From a bacterium (lineage in GTDB: Bacteria; Cyanobacteriota; Vampirovibrionia; Gastranaerophilales; Gastranaerophilaceae), in assembly GCA_017536545.1 (NCBI GenBank), contig JAFXHF010000008.1, positions 49,267 to 113,266 on the forward strand: a stretch of DNA of 64,000 nucleotides, read 5' to 3'. A program made the translations under genes and the position numbers. The notes below the pieces were generated by a model that did no database searches, was not told where the DNA came from, and was given only the letters and a program-made list of their open reading frames with translations. Numbering within the stretch: position 1 is the stretch's first letter; the number at the start of each line of letters is the position of its first letter. Shown here in pieces: positions 33,204 to 42,900 of this stretch.

Positions 33204-34460
33204 ATGACAAAAAGAAGAGTAGTAATCACAGGTTTGGGTGCTGTTACACCTTATGGTGTCGGCGTTAACAAATTTTGGGATGCTTTAAAATCAGGTAAAA
33301 GTGGTATTAGTACTACTGAATCAATTGATCTAGAAAGACACGTTGTTCATATTTCAGGTGAAGTAAAAGATTTCAATCCTGAAGAATACATGGACCCAAA
33401 AGAAGCTAAAAAAATGGATAGATTTATCCAATTTGCAGTTGTTGCAGCAGACGAAGCTGTTAAAGATGCTGGTTTAGATAATATCGCAGAAAGTGATATC
33501 GACCCATACAGAGTTGGTGTAATCGTATCTTCAGCTGCTGGTGGTTTCAGAACTTTTGAAGACAACCACATAAGAATTATTGAAAAAGGACCAAATAAAT
33601 GTTCACCATTTACAATTCCTATGTTAATTGTGAATATGCCATCTGGTAAAATTTCAATTAAATATGGTTTTAAAGGTATCAATAAAGTTGTTGTTTCAGC
33701 TTGTGCAACTGGTTCTCATTCAATCGGTGATGCATTCCGTTCAATCCAATGGGGTGATGCTGATATAATGGTTGCTGGTGGTGCTGAAGCTACAATTTGT
33801 GATGTTGGTTTGGGTGCTTTCTCAGCAGCTAGAACACTTTCAAAACGTAATGACGAACCAGAAAGAGCATCTCGTCCATACGATGTTGATAGAGATGGTT
33901 TTGTAATGTCTGAAGGTGCTGGTGTTTTAGTTCTTGAAGAATATGAACACGCTAAAAAACGTGGTGCAAAAATCTATGCTGAAATCGTTGGCTATGGTCA
34001 AACTGGTGATGCTTATGACGTTGTTGCACCTGCTCCAGACGGTTCTGGTGCTATCAAAGCTATGGAATTGGCTTTGGCTGATGCTGGTATGAAACCATCT
34101 GAAGTTCAATATGTAAATACTCACGGTACAAGTACAGGTTTGGGTGATAAAGCTGAATCTCACGCTGTTGCTAAAGTTTTCGGCGATAAACATGAAAACC
34201 CAGGCTTGTTTGTAACTTCAACAAAAAGTATGCACGGTCATATGTTAGGTGCAACTGGTGCTGCTGAAGCTATCGTATGTGTTAAAACACTTACAGATAA
34301 CGTTGTTCCTCCAACTATCAACCTTGACAATCAAGACCCTGAAGTTGCAGAACTTAACTATACACCTTACAAAGCAGTTAATGCTGAAGTTAATGCAGCT
34401 CTATCAAATTCATTCGGATTTGGTGGTCAAAACGCTTCATTAGTTTTCAAAGCTGTTTAG
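33204..34460 (+). CDS. fabF: 3-oxoacyl-ACP synthase II
   Basis: SACATGSHSIG (active-site Cys), NTHGTST and SFGFGGQNASL. 418 aa. Confidence 0.93.
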   Translation: MTKRRVVITGLGAVTPYGVGVNKFWDALKSGKSGISTTESIDLERHVVHISGEVKDFNPEEYMDPKEAKKMDRFIQFAVVAADEAVKDAGLDNIAESDIDPYRVGVIVSSAAGGFRTFEDNHIRIIEKGPNKCSPFTIPMLIVNMPSGKISIKYGFKGINKVVVSACATGSHSIGDAFRSIQWGDADIMVAGGAEATICDVGLGAFSAARTLSKRNDEPERASRPYDVDRDGFVMSEGAGVLVLEEYEHAKKRGAKIYAEIVGYGQTGDAYDVVAPAPDGSGAIKAMELALADAGMKPSEVQYVNTHGTSTGLGDKAESHAVAKVFGDKHENPGLFVTSTKSMHGHMLGATGAAEAIVCVKTLTDNVVPPTINLDNQDPEVAELNYTPYKAVNAEVNAALSNSFGFGGQNASLVFKAV

Positions 34461-34477
34461 TAGGTTAGAAAATATTA

Positions 34478-34517
34478 AGAACGGGTAGGTTTAAAATGAA
34501 CTTATCCGTTCTTTTTT
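34478..34517 (+). terminator. Rho-independent terminator after fabF
   Basis: 12-bp stem AGAACGGGTAGG / CTTATCCGTTCT (two G-U pairs), followed by T6. Confidence 0.6.
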
Positions 34518-34550
34518 CGTTATACTGTTATAGAGATAAAGAGGTGTGTT

Positions 34551-35831
34551 ATGAAAAAGATATTATCAACTTTGGCAGTGTGTATATTATTAACAAATAA
34601 TGTTGTTTTTGCAGCTGAAGGATATGTGTTTACTGCAGCTGATGTTCAAAAAGCACCTGTTTATTCTCAAAGTCTTCAAAGAACAAATTTACTTTATGGT
34701 GAATACTTGAAGTATTACAACATAAATCCAAGCAAAATTGATGCAGATTTTATTGTTTTATCAAAAGATGAAGAAAAAAGATTTTTAAAAACTCTTTCAA
34801 AAACAGAAAAAGAGAATTATGAATATGCAAAAAAGGTTCAAAAATTAGTCCAAAAACGTGATTGGAATAAGGTTTTTCAAAAGTATCCAAATTATTTCCC
34901 AGCATATTTGCAATATTTTGATGAATGTTATTCAAAAGGGCACAATGCTGAAGCTCTTCGTATTTTGAAAAAGATTAACGAGATGGATAGAAAAGGTCAA
35001 GTTTTTGATATCAGGTTAGTGAATTATACATTTGGAACTTTGTATTTTAGTTTGAACCAATTTAATTCAGCTTTGAATTATTTTAAAATGTATGAAAGCT
35101 CAGGCGATGATTTGATTATAGCATCTATTGCTAACTGCCATTTTGGAATGAAAAATTATCAATCTGTGATTAAATATGCAAAACAATTAAAAGAGCTACA
35201 ATATCAGGATAAGGAATTGTTATATGCATCTTATTTTGCAATAAAAGATTATCCAGAAGCAAATAAAATCGCTTTAGAGTTATTAAATGAGCTATATTGT
35301 TTTGATAATCTGATGAAAGTTCAAGCTACATCAAATTATGATAATACAAAATTATCATATGCATATAAGGCAAGAGAGGTTGCTCAAGATGATAGTCAAA
35401 TTATGATGGCAAATGATGTAATTGCAATGTTAGAGCAGAAAAAACTTGATGCGTATACTTCAAAGTCAAATCAATTTGTAAAAATTCCAAAATGGGTTGA
35501 TTATGTAAAACAAATGCCACAAGGTATTCCAGTTAAAGAAATTACTGAAAAACAAGATGAATTTTTCAAAACTGCAAACCAGTATTTGAAAAAATATCAA
35601 GGACAGCAATTAACAAATGCGTTTAATTCTTTATCTCAAGAATTTAATACATACGTTCAAAATAAGAAAACTGAACATTATCAAGCTCAACAACTTGAAG
35701 CTCAAAAGGCTCTTTTGATTGAGCAACAACGTAGTAATGCTTTGCAGCAACAAAGAAATTATATTGAAGCTCAACGCATGTATTATTTAACTAGACCTTA
35801 TTATTCACCAAGATATTATGGCTGGTGGTAG
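34551..35831 (+). CDS. Secreted TPR-like repeat protein (426 aa) with Q-rich coiled C-terminus
   Basis: Signal peptide MKKILSTLAVCILLTNNVVFA. Helical-repeat pattern (YLQYFDECYSKGHNAEALRILKKI, FGTLYFSLNQFNSALNYFKMY). C-terminal QAQQLEAQKALLIEQQRSNALQQQ. Confidence 0.6.
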   Translation: MKKILSTLAVCILLTNNVVFAAEGYVFTAADVQKAPVYSQSLQRTNLLYGEYLKYYNINPSKIDADFIVLSKDEEKRFLKTLSKTEKENYEYAKKVQKLVQKRDWNKVFQKYPNYFPAYLQYFDECYSKGHNAEALRILKKINEMDRKGQVFDIRLVNYTFGTLYFSLNQFNSALNYFKMYESSGDDLIIASIANCHFGMKNYQSVIKYAKQLKELQYQDKELLYASYFAIKDYPEANKIALELLNELYCFDNLMKVQATSNYDNTKLSYAYKAREVAQDDSQIMMANDVIAMLEQKKLDAYTSKSNQFVKIPKWVDYVKQMPQGIPVKEITEKQDEFFKTANQYLKKYQGQQLTNAFNSLSQEFNTYVQNKKTEHYQAQQLEAQKALLIEQQRSNALQQQRNYIEAQRMYYLTRPYYSPRYYGWW

Positions 35832-35898
35832 GGAGAATTTTTTATAATTCGTGCTCTTTGCCAATAGCAAAAAGATTTGTTTTTGATTTAATATTTAT

Positions 35899-36222
35899 AT
35901 GAATTTGATTGAAGCTACGGCTTTTAGACAAAATGTAATAGATTTATCCAATTGGGTTGATTCTACTCCAGTACCTCAAGTAATAGATACATTTACTTAT
36001 GATTTATATGAGAGTAACAACCCGTTTCGTCATAAATTTTCAAGAGAACAAATTAGTAATAAACCTCTGAGAATTGCTGCGAATACCACAACAGCTATGG
36101 GTGCAGAAGTTTTTTCAGTTTTAACAAATCCTTATTATATAACTCATAAAATTGTAAATATTCCAACGGCATATAATACAGTTGTTGATGCGTACAAAAA
36201 TTATTCTATAAACAAGAATTAG
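35899..36222 (+). CDS. Doubtful hypothetical ORF (107 aa)
   Basis: Open frame only. No Shine-Dalgarno upstream of the ATG and no recognisable motifs. Confidence 0.25.
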   Translation: MNLIEATAFRQNVIDLSNWVDSTPVPQVIDTFTYDLYESNNPFRHKFSREQISNKPLRIAANTTTAMGAEVFSVLTNPYYITHKIVNIPTAYNTVVDAYKNYSINKN

Positions 36223-36227
36223 TTAAT

Positions 36228-36289
36228 AAAAAATCGGAAAACCTAAGGTTCTGAATTACGTCCAGAATGACAGATTTTCCGATTTTTAT
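36228..36289. terminator. Long nested hairpin, bidirectional terminator upstream of the speE stop
   Basis: Outer 10-bp stem AATCGGAAAA (36232-36241) / TTTTCCGATT (36275-36284), an inner TTCTG...CAGAA stem, flanked by an A-run and a T-run. Confidence 0.5.
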
Positions 36290-36303
36290 TGGTAATTATT
36301 TTA

Positions 36304-37155
36304 TTATAACAACTCTTTCAAGTGGTTTGGAAGAGCGAAACGAGCATTGTGATATTCTTTGTTATAAATTTTACAAGTTGGAATAATTTCTGCTGCACGT
36401 TCTTCGTTGTAGTATTCCAAAGGTTTAACATCAACTGAGCAGAATGCCCAAGCCCAATACCCACCTGGGTATGTTGGGATATTTGATGTGTATGTTGAAA
36501 CTGTTGGGAATACTTTTTTCAATAAGTTGTACATTTTTTTGATTTCTTCTCTGTTTACAAATGGTGATTCAGATTGAGCTGCAACGATACCACCTTTTTT
36601 CAAAGAGTTTTTAACGTTTGTATAGAATTCTTCTGTGAATAATCCTTCTCCAGGGCCCATAGGGTCTGTTGAGTCGATTAAGATAATATCGAATTCATCT
36701 TTTTTATCTTTAATATATTCGATTGCGTCTTGAACTAAGATTTCTACTTTAGGGTTATCAAGTTCGCAAGAAATTGTTGGTAAGTATTGTTTGCAAGCGT
36801 CAATTACCATTCCGTCGATTTCACATAAAACAGCTCTTTCAACTGTTTTGTGTTTCATAACTTCACGGATTGTACCGCCATCACCACCACCAATTACAAG
36901 AACTGATTTTGGACATGGGTGTTGCATCATTGGAATATGTGCAATCATTTCGTGGTAATGATATTCATCACCTTCTGTTGTCATCATTAAATCATCAAGA
37001 GTTAAAACTCTGCCAAGTTGAGAATCTGTTTCAAAAACTTCAACTTTTTGGAATGGAGAGTTATCTGAAAATAAAACTTTTCCAGCTTTTATTGCGATAC
37101 CAAAACCACCTGGGGTAATTTCGTGGTAGTAACCATTTTCAATACCATTTTTCAT
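36304..37155 (-). CDS. speE: Spermidine synthase
   Basis: VLVIGGGDGGTIREV and IILIDSTDPMGPGEGLF motifs. 283 aa. Confidence 0.9.
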   Translation of the reverse strand: MKNGIENGYYHEITPGGFGIAIKAGKVLFSDNSPFQKVEVFETDSQLGRVLTLDDLMMTTEGDEYHYHEMIAHIPMMQHPCPKSVLVIGGGDGGTIREVMKHKTVERAVLCEIDGMVIDACKQYLPTISCELDNPKVEILVQDAIEYIKDKKDEFDIILIDSTDPMGPGEGLFTEEFYTNVKNSLKKGGIVAAQSESPFVNREEIKKMYNLLKKVFPTVSTYTSNIPTYPGGYWAWAFCSVDVKPLEYYNEERAAEIIPTCKIYNKEYHNARFALPNHLKELL

Positions 37156-37180
37156 TCTTAAGTTCCCTTTCTATCATTAA

Positions 37181-37212
37181 AACAAAAAGTTACGTGAAAA
37201 TTCACGTAACTT
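37181..37212 (-). terminator. Rho-independent terminator after the 697-aa gene
   Basis: 11-bp stem AGTTACGTGAA (37188-37198) / TTCACGTAACT (37201-37211). A T-run follows on the minus strand. Confidence 0.7.
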
Positions 37213-37244
37213 GATGTTATCATATAAAAATTTATTTTCAAATG

Positions 37245-39338
37245 TTATTCACTTAGGACAATTTCTTTTGTGAAATCTGGCAACCAACCATTGCTTTCTA
37301 ATGCATAATACTTTCCATCAATTTCAAGTGCTCTTTGACCATTTGATAATGTAACTTTTTTTGCTTCAAAAGGTATTCCATTTATTGTCATTTGGGAAGT
37401 ACTACCATCTTGCCATTCTGACATTCTATCTTGATATGTTTCCATATCTCTTTTTAAACCTCTTAGGTCAAAAGTTAACTCTCTATATGTAGAAACAGCA
37501 TCAAATCCCATTTTTTGCATGTTAGGTTCTCCAGGTTTAATGTTATATTGGCTTTCCATGTTTCTTATTTCTTCGTTTAATCTTTCGATTTCAGAATTTA
37601 ATGTAATAAATGTTTGGTCGTTTTTAATATCATAATTACTTCCATCTGTGATAGTAATAGAACCTTCAGAGGTATCTTTACTATCGTTTTCAACTTCTGT
37701 TGTTGCTGAAGAGGATGCTGCTTCTAATTGATCAATTTTACCTGTAAGTTCAGCAACTGCAGTATTGAAATTTTGTTTTAATTCTGCTTGTGACAATTCA
37801 CTATCCTTATTTTGAGCATCTATTTTAGCAAATGCTTCATCTATAAGTGTTTGAATTTGTTCAGTGTTTGCTTCTGCAACTGCAGGAGGTAGATTTGCTA
37901 ATTGATCATTTATGAGTGCAGTAAATTCCTCTTTACTAATTGTAGAAGAATCATTACTGTCGAATTCATTGATAAATGAAAGTTCTTCTTCTGTTAGTTG
38001 GTTTTCAACTACTTCGGTTCCATTATCAACTACAATGTTTTCATCTGTTACTTCTGTATTTTCATCAGTAGGGTTGTTACCTTTTACTGTGCTATCAGTA
38101 TTACCCTCAGTAACAGCGGCAGAATCCTCTTTAACAAAGTTTGGAATTTTAACAACATCATCTGGGTAGAAGAATTTGTTACCGTGCCATTCTTTTTTTA
38201 CACCTTTGTATGTTTTTACTAGGTCTTTATTAGCTTCTAAAAATTCTTTTTTCGCTTCTTTTAACTGTTCTGGGGTTGGATTTTCGATACCTTGTTGAGC
38301 AAGAGCATCAGTTACAATTTTTGTAATAGATTCACCTTTTACAACTGTGTGAGTTGTTGGAACCTCAGGCTTTTGCGGTTCAACAATTTCTGTTCCGTCT
38401 GCATTAAAGTTTTTAACTGTTTTATCACCCGCAGAATTTGTTGTTTCTGTTGAATATGTTCCATCTTCGTTATAGGTAAATTTAGTTACAGTTTTTTGTG
38501 TTGGGTTATGAGCATCGGTTACAATTTCAGAAGGTTTGTTATTTGCCATATCTTCTTCTGTTGCAAATTTTGTATCAACATTATGACCATCTTTCTTTTC
38601 TTTAACAGTAATTCCTGTTAAAGGTGCATTGTCACCAACGTCTGAATATGCTCGTTCAATAGTTTTACCATCTTGGTATTCAAAATCTGTACGAACAATG
38701 ACACCATCATTAAACGATGTAGTTTGGATAACTTTGCCTTCTGCATTTTTAGTAATACTGTTGTTTGCATCAGGGAATGTTGTAGTGTTGCCATCAATAA
38801 TCACAGATGTCTTTTTGCCATCTTTATCATAAGAGATTACAGTACCATCACTTTTGATTTCTTGTCTTGAACCATCTTTGTGTTGAATTTCTTGGGAACC
38901 ATCGTTAAGGCGAGTTGTAGTTACACCATTTTCATCAGTGTCAGCTCTATATGAGTATTCATCACTGACATTACTGTTATATATGCGTGTGGTAGATTTT
39001 CCATTTTGTTCAATGTATTCTTTACCTTCACCAATGGCTTTTTGTTGGTCAGCAAGGGCAGAAATAGCTTCAAATGCATTCATCTGTTTGCCGTAAGCGT
39101 TGTTTGCTTCACTTTTGGAAAGTTTTCCATTACCACCTGATCCAGTCAAAAGGTTTCCTTGGAGCATACGAGCTTCTTCTTTGTTTATGACGCCGTCTTT
39201 GTTTTTATCAACCATATCAAAGATTACTTTGTTTTGCTCAGTTCTTTGTAGACCTTCTAGTTTTGTAAGGTCAATTTTCTTGTCTGTTCCTTTGATTTTG
39301 ATAATGTCGGAGTAGCTTTTTCCGTTGATGTCTACCAT
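37245..39338 (-). CDS. Hypothetical 697-aa protein: EF-hand-like loops, YD-like beta-hairpin repeats, LysM-like segment, acidic coiled region
   Basis: DKNKDGVINKEEA and DSNDSSTISKEEF are EF-hand-type loops. ISYDKDGKKT, FEYQDGKTIE, FTYNEDGTYS and KNFNADGTEI are YD-like repeats. HTVVKGESITKIVTDAL...VKIPN is LysM-like. GAGGTG Shine-Dalgarno. Confidence 0.6.
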   Translation of the reverse strand: MVDINGKSYSDIIKIKGTDKKIDLTKLEGLQRTEQNKVIFDMVDKNKDGVINKEEARMLQGNLLTGSGGNGKLSKSEANNAYGKQMNAFEAISALADQQKAIGEGKEYIEQNGKSTTRIYNSNVSDEYSYRADTDENGVTTTRLNDGSQEIQHKDGSRQEIKSDGTVISYDKDGKKTSVIIDGNTTTFPDANNSITKNAEGKVIQTTSFNDGVIVRTDFEYQDGKTIERAYSDVGDNAPLTGITVKEKKDGHNVDTKFATEEDMANNKPSEIVTDAHNPTQKTVTKFTYNEDGTYSTETTNSAGDKTVKNFNADGTEIVEPQKPEVPTTHTVVKGESITKIVTDALAQQGIENPTPEQLKEAKKEFLEANKDLVKTYKGVKKEWHGNKFFYPDDVVKIPNFVKEDSAAVTEGNTDSTVKGNNPTDENTEVTDENIVVDNGTEVVENQLTEEELSFINEFDSNDSSTISKEEFTALINDQLANLPPAVAEANTEQIQTLIDEAFAKIDAQNKDSELSQAELKQNFNTAVAELTGKIDQLEAASSSATTEVENDSKDTSEGSITITDGSNYDIKNDQTFITLNSEIERLNEEIRNMESQYNIKPGEPNMQKMGFDAVSTYRELTFDLRGLKRDMETYQDRMSEWQDGSTSQMTINGIPFEAKKVTLSNGQRALEIDGKYYALESNGWLPDFTKEIVLSE

Positions 39339-39427
39339 TTTTCACCTCATATGTAGTACTATACAATGAGGTTTTCGGCAGATTTGCAAAAAATCTTTAA
39401 TAAAATTCGGGTTTTGTTAATAATTAT

Positions 39428-39748
39428 TTACTTATTCCAACCACCTAAAACATGGATATGTAAGTGGAAAACTTCTTGTCCAGCTTCTTTGCCTGTATTG
39501 ATTTGAGTTTTATATGCTTTAAGCCCAACTTTTTTCGTAACGGCTTTTACTGTTTGTAAAAGTTCTGACATTAAAGCTGTATCTTCAAGTTCATTTAATG
39601 ATTCAACGTGAACTTTAGGACAAACAAGCATATGAACAGGTGCTGCTGGGTTTATATCGTTAAATACAACAGTGTTCTCTGTTTCGTATACAAATTCTGT
39701 TCCAAAATCGCCTCTGATGATTTTGCAAAAAATACAATTGTCGCTCAT
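39428..39748 (-). CDS. HIT (histidine triad) family nucleotide hydrolase/transferase
   Basis: CIFCKI N-terminus and the HLHIHVLGG triad. 106 aa. Confidence 0.88.
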   Translation of the reverse strand: MSDNCIFCKIIRGDFGTEFVYETENTVVFNDINPAAPVHMLVCPKVHVESLNELEDTALMSELLQTVKAVTKKVGLKAYKTQINTGKEAGQEVFHLHIHVLGGWNK

Positions 39749-39757
39749 ATAAATCTC

Positions 39758-40327
39758 CTATCTTAATTTTTTAGCTAATGACAAACCAGCAGGAAGTGGC
39801 AATACTACGTTTTCATAATCAGGGTTTGCGTTGATATCATCAATAAAATCTTGAACTTTATTAGCGTGTGATAATACGTTATCGCAAGCAATATAACCCC
39901 CAACTTTTAAGTGTGGAGCAATCAAGTGGAAAAATTTGATATATTGAGCTTTTTGGGCATCAACAAATGCAAAATCAATTTCAAAATCTTCTGGCAAGTA
40001 TTCTAAAATTGTTGCAGCATCACCTTTTCGTGGCGTGATAATATCTGCAACCCCGCATTTTTCAAAATTTTCTTTTGCAACATCAAGTCTTTTATCATAA
40101 AACTCGATAGTCATTAGCTTTCCGCCAGTTTGTTTTAATGCTTTTCCTAGCCAAATCCCAGAATATCCATTTGAAGTTCCAACTTCAACAACGCTTTGCG
40201 ATTTTGCATCTACAATAAAATTGTATAAAAATTCAGCAGTTGTGCGAGAAATATTCCAAAATTCTTTTTGAGTTTTTTCTAATTCTAATAAAACTTCTTG
40301 TGTTGTTGTATCAAATTTTTTAATCAT
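39758..40327 (-). CDS. Class I SAM-dependent O-methyltransferase (YrrM / caffeoyl-CoA OMT-like)
   Basis: VVEVGTSNGYSGIWLG SAM-binding motif I and FAFVDAQKAQY. 189 aa. Confidence 0.75.
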   Translation of the reverse strand: MIKKFDTTTQEVLLELEKTQKEFWNISRTTAEFLYNFIVDAKSQSVVEVGTSNGYSGIWLGKALKQTGGKLMTIEFYDKRLDVAKENFEKCGVADIITPRKGDAATILEYLPEDFEIDFAFVDAQKAQYIKFFHLIAPHLKVGGYIACDNVLSHANKVQDFIDDINANPDYENVVLPLPAGLSLAKKLR

Positions 40328-41736
40328 TATTTTATTGTTCTAACCTTATTTGTAATTACTAGAGTTCTTACTGGGACATCAATCGGGCTTGTTTTGATAA
40401 CTTCTTTTAATTCAGTATCAATTACTGAATACAAGCCTGACATTGCATTTGTAATCATTATTAAATTACTATTTTCGATTGGTGTAATATTTGTTGCAAA
40501 AGCATTAGTATTTAAAAATAATTTATCAGTGATGACATCTTCTTTAGTGTTTAGTACTTCCACAATATTTTCTTGTGCACCTAGAATAAACAAATCATCA
40601 TTGTGTGCATACAAATCAACAGGTTTTTCACAAACATCAAATTCTGTAATGTATTCGTTTGTTTCATAATCTACTATAGCTAGTCTGTTTTTTGTTCTGC
40701 TAATGATGTAAATTTTCCCGTTAGCATAAGTGATTTTTGAAATATTTGGAAAACGTCCAATGTTATTTAGTTTGTAATTATTATCAAGTTCGATTGCCCA
40801 GATGTCGTTTTTGTTTCTGTCAACGTAGAACATTTTTGTCCCATCTTGTGATAGTGTGAACTTTTCGCAAAGCCCATTAATTTTTAATTGTTTTTTTAGG
40901 GTCATTGTTTCAAGTGAAACTATGTAGATACTTGAATTTGAACTTGATGTTACATATGCAATTTTGTTATTTTTATCAATTAAAATTTGTTCAGGATATG
41001 TTTCAAAGTTGATTTTTTTAATAACTTTTTCATCCATTAAAGAAATAATATTCATAACTTTATTATCATAATAAGTCACGAATAAGAATTCATCATTGTA
41101 TGCTTTTAAATCGTTAATAACAAAATCCTGTTCAAGAGAGTATTCAGGATTTTTAGTGTTTGTGTGGATTACCTGAATATTTTTATTTGCACCAGTTGAA
41201 ATGTAGAAAGATTTTCCATCCAATGGTTCAACGGGAGTTGTTTTTGATTTTTTACGAGTATTATTGATTCTTAAACCTGTATCTTGAGTAACAGAAATAT
41301 CAAGATTGCCGATAATTCCTTTTAAGTTTTCAGGAAGAACTAAACCTTTTGGTAATAAAATATCTTGAGGTAGCAACCCTGATTGTAATTCTGCAGGAAC
41401 ATCAATCAAATTGATAACAGTTTTTTTACCGTTTGTGTTGATAACTTTCAAAAGTGTAAAATTGTTATTCAAAATTACCATATCAGGTTTTTGTTTCATT
41501 TCCATATTTTCAGGATAACTGACTTTGATTGCAAGCTCTTCAGGAGTATCTATTTTTGCAGGATTTACTGGAATATACATGGTTTTGTCAGGTAATAGGA
41601 TTGCTCCATCAAAACGGAAATTTGTTTGTGGAAAATCTTTGTTGATAAAATCCTGTATATTTTTTGGAACTTCTGCACCTATAGCTGTTGTACATGTTAA
41701 AAGCCCTAAACATATTGCAGTCAAAATTTTACGCAT
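40327..41736 (-). CDS. Secreted beta-propeller protein (YVTN/YncE-like repeats)
   Basis: Signal peptide [21 protein letters not shown]. Repeated strands KIAYVTSSSNSSIYIVSL, GTKMFYVDRNKNDIWAIEL and GKIYIISRTKNRLAIVDY. Start and stop each overlap the neighbouring gene in TAATG. Confidence 0.65.
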   Translation of the reverse strand: MRKILTAICLGLLTCTTAIGAEVPKNIQDFINKDFPQTNFRFDGAILLPDKTMYIPVNPAKIDTPEELAIKVSYPENMEMKQKPDMVILNNNFTLLKVINTNGKKTVINLIDVPAELQSGLLPQDILLPKGLVLPENLKGIIGNLDISVTQDTGLRINNTRKKSKTTPVEPLDGKSFYISTGANKNIQVIHTNTKNPEYSLEQDFVINDLKAYNDEFLFVTYYDNKVMNIISLMDEKVIKKINFETYPEQILIDKNNKIAYVTSSSNSSIYIVSLETMTLKKQLKINGLCEKFTLSQDGTKMFYVDRNKNDIWAIELDNNYKLNNIGRFPNISKITYANGKIYIISRTKNRLAIVDYETNEYITEFDVCEKPVDLYAHNDDLFILGAQENIVEVLNTKEDVITDKLFLNTNAFATNITPIENSNLIMITNAMSGLYSVIDTELKEVIKTSPIDVPVRTLVITNKVRTIK

Positions 41737-42860
41737 TATTTGAATACTCCTTTAACTTTTGACATTATTGATTGTTGAGGTTTTTTACCTCCGTTTAATT
41801 CATATAATCTTTGGTATAAGCGTTTTTCTTCATCGCTTAATTTTGTAGGAATTACGATTTTTATTATAACAATATGATCTCCTCTTTGAGAAGGTTTTGT
41901 AATAATTGGAACACCTGCTCCTTTAATTTTTACAATATCTTCGTGTTGAACACCCGCAGGGATTTGAACTTCCTGTTCGCCATCAAGTGTTTTGATTAAA
42001 ATTGCATCGCCCATAACTGCTTGTGCAGGTGAAATTTCTAGTTCAGTAAAGACATTGATACCATCTCGTTTGAAGTAATTTGATGGTTCTACGTGGATTA
42101 CAACAAATAAATCTCCATTAGGCCCACCATTGATACCGCAATCACCTTCTCCAGATACTCTGATTTTTGACATGTTATCAACACCAGCTGGGATTTTAAT
42201 TTCGATTTTCTTTTCTTTGTTTGTCAGACCTTGACCATGGCAAGCTTTACAAGGTTTTTCAATAACTTGGCCAGCACCTTTACAGTGAGGGCAAGTTGTG
42301 ATTTGTGCAAAATTACCCAAAGGTGTTCTTGTAACTGTTTTTACCTGACCAGAGCCACCACATTGAGGACAAGTTTTCTTTGATGATCCACGTTCTGCAC
42401 CTGTTCCGCCACACTCTGTGCAAACTTCCAAATGGTCAAATCGAATTTCTTTGTTGATACCAAAAGCGGCATCTTCAAATTTTAAAGTTACGTCATATCT
42501 TAAATCATCCCCACGTTGAGGAGCATTAGGATCTGGTCTTCCACCAAACCCAAAACCGCCAAAACCTCCGAAAAAGCTTTCAAAAATATCATTCAAATCA
42601 CCAAAGCCACCTGCGAATGGTCCATTTGTATCAAAACCAGCGTTTTTCAACCCATCTTCGCCATAGGTGTCATATGTTGCCCTTTTGCTGTCGTCTGATA
42701 AAGTTTCATAAGCTTTACCCAATTCTTTAAATTTCTCTTCAGCATCAGGTGCTTTATTTACGTCGGGGTGAAGTTCTCTAGCTTTCCTGCGGAAAGCTGA
42801 TTTTATTTCATCTTTAGTTGCCTCTTTTGAGACCCCTAATATTTCATAATAATCTGCCAT
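41736..42860 (-). CDS. dnaJ: Molecular chaperone DnaJ
   Basis: J domain with HPD (ELHPDVNK), a G/F region and four CxxCxGxG zinc-finger repeats. 374 aa. Confidence 0.93.
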   Translation of the reverse strand: MADYYEILGVSKEATKDEIKSAFRRKARELHPDVNKAPDAEEKFKELGKAYETLSDDSKRATYDTYGEDGLKNAGFDTNGPFAGGFGDLNDIFESFFGGFGGFGFGGRPDPNAPQRGDDLRYDVTLKFEDAAFGINKEIRFDHLEVCTECGGTGAERGSSKKTCPQCGGSGQVKTVTRTPLGNFAQITTCPHCKGAGQVIEKPCKACHGQGLTNKEKKIEIKIPAGVDNMSKIRVSGEGDCGINGGPNGDLFVVIHVEPSNYFKRDGINVFTELEISPAQAVMGDAILIKTLDGEQEVQIPAGVQHEDIVKIKGAGVPIITKPSQRGDHIVIIKIVIPTKLSDEEKRLYQRLYELNGGKKPQQSIMSKVKGVFK

Positions 42861-42900
42861 TTTCTAATTTACTTCCTTCTAATCCTCAAGTCTGGTAGCA

